27,478 nt of DNA from a virus (taxonomy: Duplodnaviria > Caudoviricetes): positions 1 to 27,478 of the IMG/VR virus record IMGVR_UViG_3300046823_000115; one strand, given 5' to 3'. Each line of letters starts with the position of its first letter. The stretch's first letter is position 1. The notes under the pieces are model-generated. The model worked only from the letters and a program-made list of their open reading frames with translations. It was not told where the DNA came from and ran no database searches. A program made the translations under genes and the position numbers. Below are positions 16,463 to 26,137 of this stretch, in pieces.

Positions 16463-17791
16463 ATGAGCACCACGATCGGCGGCGTCCGCATTGCCGACAT
16501 GCCGGACCTCGGCGCCTTCAACGACAGCTCGTCCGTGGTGGGCGAACGGGCCGGGTCGGGACGCTTCAGCGCAATCGCTCTCAAGAGCTACGTGGCGTCC
16601 GACATCAACGTGCGCAGCTTTGGTGCCACGGGCAACGGCTCGACCGACGATACCGCTGCGTTCAACGCGGCGCTGGCCTCGATCGCAGCGGGCGGCGGCA
16701 ACGCCAAGCTCTACATCCCGGCAGGGAACTATAAGATCACCGGGCCGCTCACCTACGCGTCAGGCTATCTGCATGTCGAGGGCGCGGGGCCCGGCAGCGT
16801 GCTGAGCCTCAACAACCCGACCTCCGACCTGTTCACGTTCGCCGGAACCAACATCACGCTCTCCGACTTCCGCGTGCTGACGCCCTATGCGACCTCGACC
16901 CACGGCGGCCTGTTCAACTTTACCAGCGCCAGCTTTATCCGGCTCGACCGCATCACCACCAACGGCGGTTATGGCGTGGTGCAGTTCCTGGGCTCGGCCG
17001 GCAACCTCAGCTATCGCACCACGATCACGAATTGCCACTTCGATAACGTGATGGGCAACGCGGTGTTTTACGATCAGTATTTCGGCGGCTTCGGGATGAT
17101 CAGCGACACCGAGATCCAATGCACCTCGACGCTCAACACCACCGGCAACGGCATCATCATCGAGGCTGGCGATACGTTCACCTTCACCAACATCAATATC
17201 TCAGGCTTTCCCTTCGGCATCAACGTGACCTCGCAACCCGGCGGCATCAACTACGCCGGCGTCATTCACGCCGCTAATGTTCTTTGCAGCGGCAACGGCC
17301 TGCCGGGAACGACGGATGGCTGGTTGCTTCAGGGGGGCGCTGGCGGCACCTACGTCTCACGCATCCGCCTGACGAATTGCTGGGCTGACGTGATGGGGCG
17401 GCATGGCTTTGACGTGGCCAACGCCTCCGATGTCACCTTCACCAACTGCATCGCGATCGGCAACGGTCAGGACGGGTTCATGCTCGCCACACCGTCATCC
17501 GACCTGACGCTGGAGGGCTGCACGGCCGCGGCTAACAGCGCCGGCGTCTCGGCCACATATGACGGCATCCGCGTGGTCGGGCCAGTCACCGATTTTATCA
17601 TCGCCGGATGCCGCTGCCGCCCGAATGCCGGCTACACCGCCAATACGCAGGGCTACGGCATCAACGTCGATGCGACGGCCAATAACCGCTACATCGTCAC
17701 CGGCAACGACCTCCACGGCAACGTGACGGGCGGACTTGCTGACAGCAGCGCAGGATCTCCGACCCGGTTCGTAAGCCAGAATATTGTGTGA
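16463..17791 (+). CDS. Tailspike 2, pectate-lyase-3-like beta-helix
   Basis: INVRSFGATGNGSTDDTAAFNAA, LYIPAGNYKIT, beta-helix rungs; AGGAG SD. Confidence 0.88.
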   Translation: MSTTIGGVRIADMPDLGAFNDSSSVVGERAGSGRFSAIALKSYVASDINVRSFGATGNGSTDDTAAFNAALASIAAGGGNAKLYIPAGNYKITGPLTYASGYLHVEGAGPGSVLSLNNPTSDLFTFAGTNITLSDFRVLTPYATSTHGGLFNFTSASFIRLDRITTNGGYGVVQFLGSAGNLSYRTTITNCHFDNVMGNAVFYDQYFGGFGMISDTEIQCTSTLNTTGNGIIIEAGDTFTFTNINISGFPFGINVTSQPGGINYAGVIHAANVLCSGNGLPGTTDGWLLQGGAGGTYVSRIRLTNCWADVMGRHGFDVANASDVTFTNCIAIGNGQDGFMLATPSSDLTLEGCTAAANSAGVSATYDGIRVVGPVTDFIIAGCRCRPNAGYTANTQGYGINVDATANNRYIVTGNDLHGNVTGGLADSSAGSPTRFVSQNIV

Positions 17792-17847
17792 GGGCGCGGG
17801 GGCGACCAAGCCAAGCGATGTGACCTTCACCAACTGCATCGCCATTG
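17790..17847 (+). pseudogene. Relic of a paralogous tailspike gene
   Basis: Encodes EGAG...SDVTFTNCIAI, matching tailspike 2 (16778-16789 and ~17426-17458) with synonymous differences. Confidence 0.6.
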
Positions 17848-17933
17848 CGCTTCAATGAGGTCTGGGCATCGCTGCCCAGAATGACCGCCACCGCGCGGCG
17901 ACGCTTATTACATGACACCAACCGGACAGCAAG

Positions 17934-19394
17934 ATGTCGGCAACCACCACCCAGGCCGCGCCTACGCCAGCACCGAGTGGCATGCGGCGCATACCGCTGC
18001 CGCTGGAAAGCTATCAATACGTCAGCAAGCCGCTGACACACAAAGCTTTGCTAAACTTCTTCGCCGAACAAGCTCCAGATGACAGCCGCACCGCCGCGGC
18101 ACTGGTCGCAACGCCTGGCCTCGAGCAATTCTCCAACCTGGTCTTTGGCACCGGCCCGGTGACGGCGCTCAACACCGATTGTCCGGGCGTCATCTACGCC
18201 GTGTCCGGCACGCATTTCTGGCGGGCGCAGGGCATCCTCGGTTCGACGGATTTGCTGATCGAGGACTTGGGCGACATTGGCGCGCCGACAGTCGTCGATT
18301 ATCCGCAGAACCTCATGCCGACGATCGCCGTTGGCGACCTCGCGGCAGTCGTGTGCATCCCGCCGAATGCTTTCACCTGCAACCACACCGGGGCACTCAA
18401 TCAGATTGGCGGAGATTTCCCCGGCGCTGGCAGTGTGGCCTATCTCGACGGCTATTTCGTATTCACCAGCAGCGACATCGACGGCAAGTTCTTCACCAGC
18501 CATTTGCTAGATCCAACCGCTTACGACGCGCTGGACTTTGCTTATACCGACGCAGTGCCCAATGTCGCGCGGCGGGTAATGGCCCTCAAGGGCGAGTTGT
18601 GGTTTCTGGGCGACCTGGCCGCCGAGGTCTGGTACGACGCCGGTCTTGTTGACTTCCCGTTCCGCCGCAGGGCCGGTGGCGTCGTTCCACAGGGCTTGCA
18701 CAGCATGAAAACCGCGTGCGTCCTGGATGGTTCGATCTTCTGGGTGGCGCGCAATGGCGTCGTGCTCCGCAGCACCGGCTACAGTGCCAGGCGGATCAGC
18801 ACGCATTCGGTCGAGGAAATCATCCGAACACTCGGTGCGGGAAACGCGGTCTGCGGCCTGGGCTACGTACAGGGCGGCCACACCTTCTATTGCCTGACCT
18901 ACGCCCAGACGACGCTGGTCTATGACGTGGCAACCCAGATGTGGCACGAGCGCAGCTCGGCTGCGAACAGTGCATGGCTGCCGACCTCCGTCTGCCAGTA
19001 TGGCGAGGTGCTGTTGTTCGGCTCCTCCACCTCGGGACGCGTGTTCACCACCGTGCCGTTTCTCAATACCGACGATGGCGTGGAGCAAAACAGGATCGCG
19101 GCATTGCCGCCGCTGTGGGGCGGCACCTCACGAGCATTCTGTGCGCGGCTGGAAATCGAGATGGAACTCGGCTTAACGCGCAATCCGGCGTATTTCCTGC
19201 TGCAATGGTCGGATGACGGCGGCTACACCTGGACCGATGGGCGGACCATGAACGCAGACAGTTCCGGGAATTATCGCAAGCGGATTTATACCACGCGGCT
19301 CGGCAGTTTCCGCCAGCGGATGTTCCGGCTGTCCATGGTGGGCTATAGCGTGATCTATGGCGTCGACGCCGACATTCGCGCCGGGACGAACTGA
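17934..19394 (+). CDS. Tail hub / packaged-DNA stabilisation protein (P22 gp10-like)
   Basis: TPGL, VAYLDGYFVF, ELWFLG...EVWY, GHTFY.L, YD.ATQMWHER, LQWSDDGGYTW, RLG..RQR.FR. Confidence 0.9.
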   Translation: MSATTTQAAPTPAPSGMRRIPLPLESYQYVSKPLTHKALLNFFAEQAPDDSRTAAALVATPGLEQFSNLVFGTGPVTALNTDCPGVIYAVSGTHFWRAQGILGSTDLLIEDLGDIGAPTVVDYPQNLMPTIAVGDLAAVVCIPPNAFTCNHTGALNQIGGDFPGAGSVAYLDGYFVFTSSDIDGKFFTSHLLDPTAYDALDFAYTDAVPNVARRVMALKGELWFLGDLAAEVWYDAGLVDFPFRRRAGGVVPQGLHSMKTACVLDGSIFWVARNGVVLRSTGYSARRISTHSVEEIIRTLGAGNAVCGLGYVQGGHTFYCLTYAQTTLVYDVATQMWHERSSAANSAWLPTSVCQYGEVLLFGSSTSGRVFTTVPFLNTDDGVEQNRIAALPPLWGGTSRAFCARLEIEMELGLTRNPAYFLLQWSDDGGYTWTDGRTMNADSSGNYRKRIYTTRLGSFRQRMFRLSMVGYSVIYGVDADIRAGTN

Positions 19395-19909
19395 TGTCGG
19401 CTGCAAGAGGACGCCTGCAGCCGCCGGTCAACGATCCGCCGCTCAGCGATCCGACTGGCCAGCACTCAACGGCGTGGACCGACTTCTTCCAGAATGTAGC
19501 CGACCGGCTGATGGCGGTCGGGACGATGGGCGTCACCGATGGATCGGACGCGACGGCCGGCCAGATCGGGGAGTATCTGTCAGCTTCGGCCGGCGGGGTC
19601 GCGCTGACCAGCAACGTGCCGATCAACGTCGTGTCGCTGGCCCTCACGGCAGGCGATTGGGATGTGGCCGGCAACGCGCAGATCAGCTCGCCTGGGGGCA
19701 CCCGCAACATCTTCGGTGCTGGCCTGGATGGCATCGACACGATGATTGCTGCGACGTTTCCGACCACGGGGAGCGTGGTGAACGGGATCAACGCGGCGCT
19801 GAAGCGGTATAGCGTGGCGGCGACCACGACGGTTTGGCTGCAGGCGCTCGGCTCGTTCAGCGGCAGCGCGACGGCGTCGGGGACGATCAGCGCGCGCAGG
19901 GTTCGGTGA
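19394..19909 (+). CDS. Tail-associated protein at the P22 gp26 (needle) position
   Basis: W..FF N-terminus; TDGSDATAGQIGEY; SLALTAGDWDV; ends in ARRVR. Confidence 0.65.
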   Translation: MSAARGRLQPPVNDPPLSDPTGQHSTAWTDFFQNVADRLMAVGTMGVTDGSDATAGQIGEYLSASAGGVALTSNVPINVVSLALTAGDWDVAGNAQISSPGGTRNIFGAGLDGIDTMIAATFPTTGSVVNGINAALKRYSVAATTTVWLQALGSFSGSATASGTISARRVR

Positions 19910-20454
19910 TGCGGTTCGTGCAACTGGCCTCTGGCGTTGACATGGTTTCGGTGCTGCTGGAGCTAAACCGCGCCGCGCACCTCTGGGACCGCAACCCGGA
20001 GCGGCGGCTGTATCCAGGAACTCCGCATGCGGCCATGACCGACATCACCGTGCGCTACATGCCAGAGGAGCAACTGACCGGGCTCGAGGCGCGGCGGCTG
20101 GAGCATCGGAACGTGTTCTGGCCGGCATGGTATGAGTTGCCATCACTGCGACCGATGATCTTCGCGCTGATGAACCGTGTGGCCTGCGTGGAGCTTGGCA
20201 GCATCCTGCTCACTAAGTTGCCGCCGGGGGCTGATATCCTGCCGCATACTGACGCGGGAAGCTGGGCGCCGGAATACTACAACTGCAAGGCGCATCTGAC
20301 GCTGGCTGGCACAGCGCTGGTGCATTGCTGCGAAGCAGTGCAGCGATTCGACACCGGGACCATCTGGACGTTTGACAACCTGCGCATTCACTCAATCACC
20401 AACGATGGTGCTGTGGACAGGATTGTCTGCATCGTGAGCATGAGGTGCGAATGA
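19909..20454 (+). CDS. Asp/Asn beta-hydroxylase-family 2OG-Fe(II) dioxygenase
   Basis: KLPPGADILPHTD (HxD), G.IWTFDN..IHSITN (distal His), DRI (2OG-binding Arg). TGATG coupling sets the start at 19909. Confidence 0.88.
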   Translation: MRFVQLASGVDMVSVLLELNRAAHLWDRNPERRLYPGTPHAAMTDITVRYMPEEQLTGLEARRLEHRNVFWPAWYELPSLRPMIFALMNRVACVELGSILLTKLPPGADILPHTDAGSWAPEYYNCKAHLTLAGTALVHCCEAVQRFDTGTIWTFDNLRIHSITNDGAVDRIVCIVSMRCE

Positions 20455-20804
20455 AACGCGCGCCCAATCAGCCAGAGACGGTCAGCGTCACGATCTACGC
20501 CGGTATCTACTATCGCGTATATCGTATCCCGGACGCTGACACGCTGATACCCCAACATGGGCACGAGTACGGGCACCTCACAGCTCTGCTGCAAGGTCGC
20601 GTTCGGTTGTGGCGAGAGGGCGATGATGACGGGCCAATCGAGTACTGCGCGCCCGCTACGATCCGCATCCCCGCACACATCATGCACTCGTTCCTGACGC
20701 TTACGCCGGGTGTTGTGCTCGCTTGTATCCACAACGCGGACCACCTCGAGGCCGACGACGAGCCTGCGGTGGCTGCGCATCACGATCTCGAACTGGAGGA
20801 TTGA
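20451..20804 (+). CDS. Cupin-fold protein
   Basis: PQHGHEYGHLT.LLQG and AP..I.IPA...HSF motifs; ATGA overlap. Confidence 0.8.
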   Translation: MKRAPNQPETVSVTIYAGIYYRVYRIPDADTLIPQHGHEYGHLTALLQGRVRLWREGDDDGPIEYCAPATIRIPAHIMHSFLTLTPGVVLACIHNADHLEADDEPAVAAHHDLELED

Positions 20805-20807
20805 GCT

Positions 20808-21473
20808 TTGCCCTTCGCAGTTGCTGCGGCTGGGATCGGTGCTGCTGGCGCAATCGCTGGCGGCGTCATGCAATCTCAGGCCATCAAGAGCGGACAGTCG
20901 GCGGCCAATGCCGCGATCCAGCAGGGTGTTCAGACTGCCACCAACCAACTGTCGCCGTGGACCACGGCTGGGCAGCCGGCGCTGGCGGACCAGTCGGACC
21001 TGCTCGGGTTGAACGGGCAGCCTGCGGCAGACGCGGCGATGGCTAAGTTCCAGCAAAGCCCCGGATACCAGTGGCAATTGGGCGAGGGCCTGCGCGCGAC
21101 TGACGCCGGCGCGGCAGCGCGAGGGATGACACGCTCAGGGGCTGCGCTCAAGGCCGAGCAGACGTTCGGCAGCGGGTTGGCAGCGACCGATTTCAGTAAC
21201 TATTGGAACCGACTGCAGCAGCTCAGCGGGAGCGGCCTGACGGCGGCGGGCGGTATTGCCAACGCGGCTACCGGAGGGGCTGCGAACATAGCGCAGACCG
21301 ACACCAGCGCGGCTAACGCGCAGTCCAGCATCTACGGCAATATGGCAAAGGGCGTCAGCACTGGCGCTAACCAGCTAATGAGCAACACGGCGTTTCAGAA
21401 TGCCATCGGGGGCGGTGGCGGGGGCGCATCGAGCTACGCGGGTATGGCAGGCGCTGATCTGGGGTGGATCTGA
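20808..21473 (+). CDS. DNA transfer/ejection protein (gp7-like)
   Basis: Gly/Ala-rich N-terminus; FQQSPGYQW...AAARG..RSGAALKA...G.GLA; GGAGG SD with TTG start. Confidence 0.85.
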   Translation: MPFAVAAAGIGAAGAIAGGVMQSQAIKSGQSAANAAIQQGVQTATNQLSPWTTAGQPALADQSDLLGLNGQPAADAAMAKFQQSPGYQWQLGEGLRATDAGAAARGMTRSGAALKAEQTFGSGLAATDFSNYWNRLQQLSGSGLTAAGGIANAATGGAANIAQTDTSAANAQSSIYGNMAKGVSTGANQLMSNTAFQNAIGGGGGGASSYAGMAGADLGWI

Positions 21474-23923
21474 TGGCCGAGTTCACATCAAGCCAGCAGG
21501 TCTCACCGTTTCCCGATCAGAACGCGCTGTTTGATGTCGCCAAGGTCGCTAATGCGGCGCAGGCGTATCAGGCCAACCAACTGCACATGCAGGGGCAGCA
21601 GCTCGATCTGAGCAACGCCAACATGGCGCAGGTCGGACAGGCTGCGGCGGGGCTGCTGTCGGCGTATCCGGACGAGGCATCGCGGGCGGCGGCGTATCCG
21701 CGTGTCGTTGGCATGCTGCAGTCGCATGGCTTCGCGCTGCACGCGCCATCCGAGTATCCCGGCGAGGGCGTGTTGCGGTCGATGGTCAACCAGAGCGTGC
21801 CGGTGGTCGATCAGTACAAGATGGGGCTGATTACCTTGCCGGGGCAGCAGGCGAACTTCAACGCTGTATTTGGCGCCGGCAGCACGGCCCCCACGGGAGC
21901 GCCCGGAACCACCACAGGGGCCGCAGCGCCATCCATGGCGATTCCTGCCCGCGGCACTGGTGGGCCTGGAGCGGGCGCCTCGGCGCCGACCGCATGGCTG
22001 CCGTATTTCGAGGAGGCGTCGAAAGAAACCGGCATCCCGGTGGATCTGCTACTCGCCCAGGCGCGGCAGGAAAGCAGCTTCAACCCGAACGCCAAGGGTG
22101 GCGCCGGCGAGATAGGCCTATTCCAGATTAAACCCAGCACGGCCAGCAGCCCCGGCTTCGGGTTGCCGCCGGTCGATCCGGCATCGATCACCGGGCCGGA
22201 CAACGTGCGCAACAACATCCTGTTCGGTGCGCGCTACCTCAAGGCGCGGATGGGGGGCGGCGATCCGAACAATCCAGCGGCGCAAGCGGCGGCACTGCAT
22301 GCCTACAACGGTGGCGGCGATCCGAACTACGTGCAGAACGTGTTCCGTTACCGCCCGACGCTGGCGCCATCCGATCCGAACGCCGCGGTCACCGCCTACA
22401 CGCCGCCAGCCACAGGAGCGCCCACCACGACGGCCACAGCGCAGCCAGGCGCCACGCCCCCACCGACGCAGTACGCTGGACCAGGGGCGCCAGGGGCGCC
22501 CACGCTGCCACCAGCCGCCACAGAGACGCCTCCTGGGCCTGCACAGCCTCCAGCGACCGCAGCGGCCCCAGCACAGCCAGGCCAGCCACAGGCGGCGCCA
22601 GCACCAGCGACGGGCGCCACGGGTATGCAATCGCCGCAGTTCCAGCGAGCTATGCAGTTGGAGCGCCAAGCGGCGATGCTCGAGGCCGGCCCGGGTGGCC
22701 AACTACCGCAGAACAAGGCGATGGCGGACTATCTGCATACTCAGGCCAAGGCCATCTTGGGGACGGACACGTTCCAGCAGATTGGCGGCGGTATGCAGCG
22801 CAACGTCCTTACGGGAGATACCAAGTACAGCGGCCCTCCAACTGCTCGCTCGACCACGGACAACGACGGCAACACCTGGATACTCGCGCCGGGTCAGCCG
22901 CCGACCATGCTCCACGCCAATGTCTCTGGCGTCACCGGTACTGGACCAGAGGCTAGCGCGCTACGAACGTTGAACGAGGTGGCACCGAAGATCGCTAATG
23001 GCACAGCCACGCGGCAAGATCTGGCGAACTACGCGACTGCCGCCGAAGTCTACCAGCAGCCACAGATCCACGAAGACCCAAATACACACGCCCTGGTGCG
23101 TGTTCCCACACGACAATTGCCTCCCGGACTGCCGCCCTCGCCGCTTGCGTCAAGCGGCGCCGGCGCCACGAGTGGCGCTCCGGGAGCGCAACAGGTGACG
23201 CCTGGCATGAGTACGGCACAGCGCAGCGCCGAGGATGATTTAGGTAAAGCGTACGCGACTACCGACAAGAAGTCTTACGACACTGCCAACGCCAGTCTCG
23301 GCATGTTGGTAAACGCAAACAATGCGGCCGAGGTTCTAAACCGTAATCCTGGCGGCTTCACCGCAACCGGCGCTGGCGCGAATACCAGGCTTGAGCTCGG
23401 CAAGACCTTGAATACCGTCAGCGGACTGCTTGGAGGCGGGCCGGTCGTTGATCCGTCGCAGATCAGTGCGTGGGAGGCGCTGAACAAGCAAACGAGGCTG
23501 ATGGGTATGCAGGTCGTGAATAGCTACTTTGGTGGCTCACGCGAAGCCGCCAGCATCATTAACGGAGCCACGTCAGCAGTGCCGAACTCAGAGAACAGCT
23601 ATCTCGGCTTCCGGCTGGTCTCGTCAGGCATCGAGCAGGACTTGCAGCGTCAGCGCGAGCTTTATGAGTTCAAAGGCCAGCGCCTGGCGGAAGGACAGCC
23701 ACTGGTGACGGCAGAAGCCGACTTCAACAAGACGCACCCGGTGGAGATCTATACCGCCCGCGCGATTGCTAACGCGGTGCCAGACGATATTGCGGCGCAC
23801 CTCGTGGCTAACCCGGACACCGTCAAGGCATTCGACCAGCATTTCGGGCCTGGTATTGGCGAGTTCATCCTGAAGGGCGGGCGCAGCGGTATGGGTCGCG
23901 CGGGAGTGCCGAGCAATGGCTAG
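21473..23923 (+). CDS. Ejection protein with lytic transglycosylase (SLT) domain
   Basis: AQARQESSFNPNA, GLFQI, NILFGARYL, AYNGG at ~22030-22350; TGATG coupling. Confidence 0.88.
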   Translation: MAEFTSSQQVSPFPDQNALFDVAKVANAAQAYQANQLHMQGQQLDLSNANMAQVGQAAAGLLSAYPDEASRAAAYPRVVGMLQSHGFALHAPSEYPGEGVLRSMVNQSVPVVDQYKMGLITLPGQQANFNAVFGAGSTAPTGAPGTTTGAAAPSMAIPARGTGGPGAGASAPTAWLPYFEEASKETGIPVDLLLAQARQESSFNPNAKGGAGEIGLFQIKPSTASSPGFGLPPVDPASITGPDNVRNNILFGARYLKARMGGGDPNNPAAQAAALHAYNGGGDPNYVQNVFRYRPTLAPSDPNAAVTAYTPPATGAPTTTATAQPGATPPPTQYAGPGAPGAPTLPPAATETPPGPAQPPATAAAPAQPGQPQAAPAPATGATGMQSPQFQRAMQLERQAAMLEAGPGGQLPQNKAMADYLHTQAKAILGTDTFQQIGGGMQRNVLTGDTKYSGPPTARSTTDNDGNTWILAPGQPPTMLHANVSGVTGTGPEASALRTLNEVAPKIANGTATRQDLANYATAAEVYQQPQIHEDPNTHALVRVPTRQLPPGLPPSPLASSGAGATSGAPGAQQVTPGMSTAQRSAEDDLGKAYATTDKKSYDTANASLGMLVNANNAAEVLNRNPGGFTATGAGANTRLELGKTLNTVSGLLGGGPVVDPSQISAWEALNKQTRLMGMQVVNSYFGGSREAASIINGATSAVPNSENSYLGFRLVSSGIEQDLQRQRELYEFKGQRLAEGQPLVTAEADFNKTHPVEIYTARAIANAVPDDIAAHLVANPDTVKAFDQHFGPGIGEFILKGGRSGMGRAGVPSNG

Positions 23924-25796
23924 CACTGCCAATCCATACGATGCTTTGCTAGCACCCTATATGGGGTCGTCAGGCACGGATCAGGGCGCGCAGCCTGCGG
24001 GGCCGGTCGTTCCGGGGAAAACGCCAGAGACTGCGCCAGATCCTTATGCCCCGATGATCCGCGCCGCCACGGCGCCCCCCGATCTGCCACCAGGCCAGAT
24101 GACGGGATGGCAGCGCGAGGTTGCGTTGCCCGCTTCTTCATTTGCGCGCGGGGTAGTGTCGACCGTTGGGATGCCAGGCGACATCGTTCGCGGTGTTGGT
24201 GCTATCGGTGGTGCCGCTGCGGAGCAATACCTGAACCCCGATCCTCTCAGCGCCATCCAGAACCGAAATCAGCTTATGATCACGCCGAACCAGGGACCGC
24301 AGATCGTGACCCCCGAGATGCTGTCGGATGCTCCTGGCAAGCCCAACGTGCCGGCGGCATCGTGGCACAATCCGATCGATACCGAGTCACTGCTCGGCTA
24401 CCCCGGTATCAGCACTATTGCCAATCCACCGAGCGTGCAGCCGCAGAACCTACGGGAGCGGATCGAGGCTGGAGTTGCATCGGGCGCTGGAGCCGCAGTC
24501 AGTGGCGGCGCGGTGACCGGCGGTCTCTCTTCATTGCCTGCTGCCGCTCGGACGATCGTTCAAGGCGCCGCTGCGGGCGGTGCGGGCGAGGTCGGTGGGG
24601 AGATTGGGGAGGCTGTCGGGGGCACACCGGGGCGTGTGATCGGGACTGTCGTTGGTGGTGCTGGGGGGGCTCGCCTGGCGCCCGGCGGCGGCGGTCCAAC
24701 AGCGCTCCTCCCGAGCACTATGGACGCCGAGACGGCTGCGCTCGCCAAGCGCGCCAAGGAACTGGGAATTGACGTGGGGGTCGGTGCAGCAAGCAACAGC
24801 CCGGTTATCAAGTATCTCGACTCCGTCATGCGCCGGCTGCCGTTCACTGGCTATGGCAAGTATGACGAAGCCAACCAGCAGGCGTTCGCGAAAGCCGTCA
24901 CCAACACTTTTGGCGAAGACGCGCCTAAGGTCACCCCGACCGTAATCAACAACGCCTATGATCGCATCGGTCAGGTCTTCAACAACGCGGCCGGGCGTTA
25001 CAATGTGAAGTTTGATCCCACGATTGACCAGACGCTGACCAACATCAGCCGGAAAGTGAAGGAGGCAGCGATCGATCAGGGACAGAAGGATGGCATCCAA
25101 ACCCAGATCGACAAGATACGCCAACTCGCGACTGACAATAACGGCGTCATCCCTGGTAAGGCGTATGTTGACCTAACCAAGAAGGGAGAAAGCCTGGACA
25201 TCCTGCAGGGTAGCCGAAGCACGACATCGGGGCAGTTGGGGGGACAGATCAGGGACGCTATCGATACTGCATTGGAGCGCTCTGCGTCACCAGCCGATGT
25301 GGCTGCGCTGCGTGAGGCTCGGACCCAGTACAAGGCGCTGAAGACAGTCGAGCCGCTGACCTTGCGAGCCGATGCGGCGGGCGGCGTCACGCCATCGACA
25401 GGGGAGATAAGCCCAGCGGCATTGTTAGGCCGCGTCAATCAGCAATATGACAATGCGGCACGCGCGCAGCCTGGCCAGATCCCGTTGCTCGATCTAGGAC
25501 GCATCGGCCAGCGGTTCCTAAAAGATGCGCCATCATCCGGCTCCTCAGAACGACTGAGCCTCATGGAGATCGGCAAAACGGTTGGCGGCCTCGGTATGAG
25601 TGCGGCCGGCCTACATGAAGCCGGGGTTCCTGCGGAGTCGTTGCCCTACGTCCTGGCTGCTGTGCCCGCGCTGCGCCTGGGCGGTGCGGCTTTGCGTGCT
25701 CCGGCCATTGCCCCACCAGAACCGCTCATCAACAGTCTCTTCGGCGTTTATCCGCAGCTTGCGCCTGGGATGCGACCGAACCAACTCGCGCCATGA
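23916..25796 (+). CDS. Third DNA transfer/ejection protein
   Basis: NPYD N-terminus; Gly/Ala-rich hydrophobic segments; PSSGSSER motif; last gene of the virion operon. Confidence 0.75.
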   Translation: MASTANPYDALLAPYMGSSGTDQGAQPAGPVVPGKTPETAPDPYAPMIRAATAPPDLPPGQMTGWQREVALPASSFARGVVSTVGMPGDIVRGVGAIGGAAAEQYLNPDPLSAIQNRNQLMITPNQGPQIVTPEMLSDAPGKPNVPAASWHNPIDTESLLGYPGISTIANPPSVQPQNLRERIEAGVASGAGAAVSGGAVTGGLSSLPAAARTIVQGAAAGGAGEVGGEIGEAVGGTPGRVIGTVVGGAGGARLAPGGGGPTALLPSTMDAETAALAKRAKELGIDVGVGAASNSPVIKYLDSVMRRLPFTGYGKYDEANQQAFAKAVTNTFGEDAPKVTPTVINNAYDRIGQVFNNAAGRYNVKFDPTIDQTLTNISRKVKEAAIDQGQKDGIQTQIDKIRQLATDNNGVIPGKAYVDLTKKGESLDILQGSRSTTSGQLGGQIRDAIDTALERSASPADVAALREARTQYKALKTVEPLTLRADAAGGVTPSTGEISPAALLGRVNQQYDNAARAQPGQIPLLDLGRIGQRFLKDAPSSGSSERLSLMEIGKTVGGLGMSAAGLHEAGVPAESLPYVLAAVPALRLGGAALRAPAIAPPEPLINSLFGVYPQLAPGMRPNQLAP

Positions 25797-25892
25797 CGGC
25801 AGTGGATCGGCGGCGCAGTTCAGCCCAAACATGAGAGCGATTGGCCATAGCCCGATTGCGGCGAGGCCCCAGCATGTGAAGAACACGACCAT
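25611..25892 (-). CDS. Possible small membrane protein overlapping the ejection gene
   Basis: TGATG coupling to the upstream gene and a hydrophobic N-terminus, but a 186-nt antisense overlap. Confidence 0.35.
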   Translation of the reverse strand: MVVFFTCWGLAAIGLWPIALMFGLNCAADPLPSWRELVRSHPRRKLRINAEETVDERFWWGNGRSTQSRTAQAQRGHSSQDVGQRLRRNPGFM

Positions 25893-26137
25893 CACGCCCC
25901 GCCCTCCAGCTTGTCGAGCCGTTCCTCGGTGGTGCGGATGCGTTTCAGCAGTGGCGCCTCGATCGCACCCAGCACGACGCCCGGCAGCGCGATCACCATG
26001 TCCCGCGTTACGCTGTGCTCCGAGCGTAGATCGCGCAGGTTCCCCTGCACTTCCAACAGCCGCTCCATGACGCCGTTGATGCGGGCCATGAGCCGGCTTT
26101 CCATCGCCTCCAGGTGCCGCTTCAGTTCCTCGTCCAT
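25892..26137 (-). CDS. 81-aa coiled-coil protein
   Basis: MDEELKRHLEAMESRL...; GGAGG SD; TGATG coupling. Confidence 0.7.
   Translation of the reverse strand: MDEELKRHLEAMESRLMARINGVMERLLEVQGNLRDLRSEHSVTRDMVIALPGVVLGAIEAPLLKRIRTTEERLDKLEGGA

Noticed and set aside
17426-17847. DGR template/variable repeat pair
   Set aside because: Mismatches are synonymous and not at adenines, the match is only ~32 bp, and no reverse transcriptase is present in the window.
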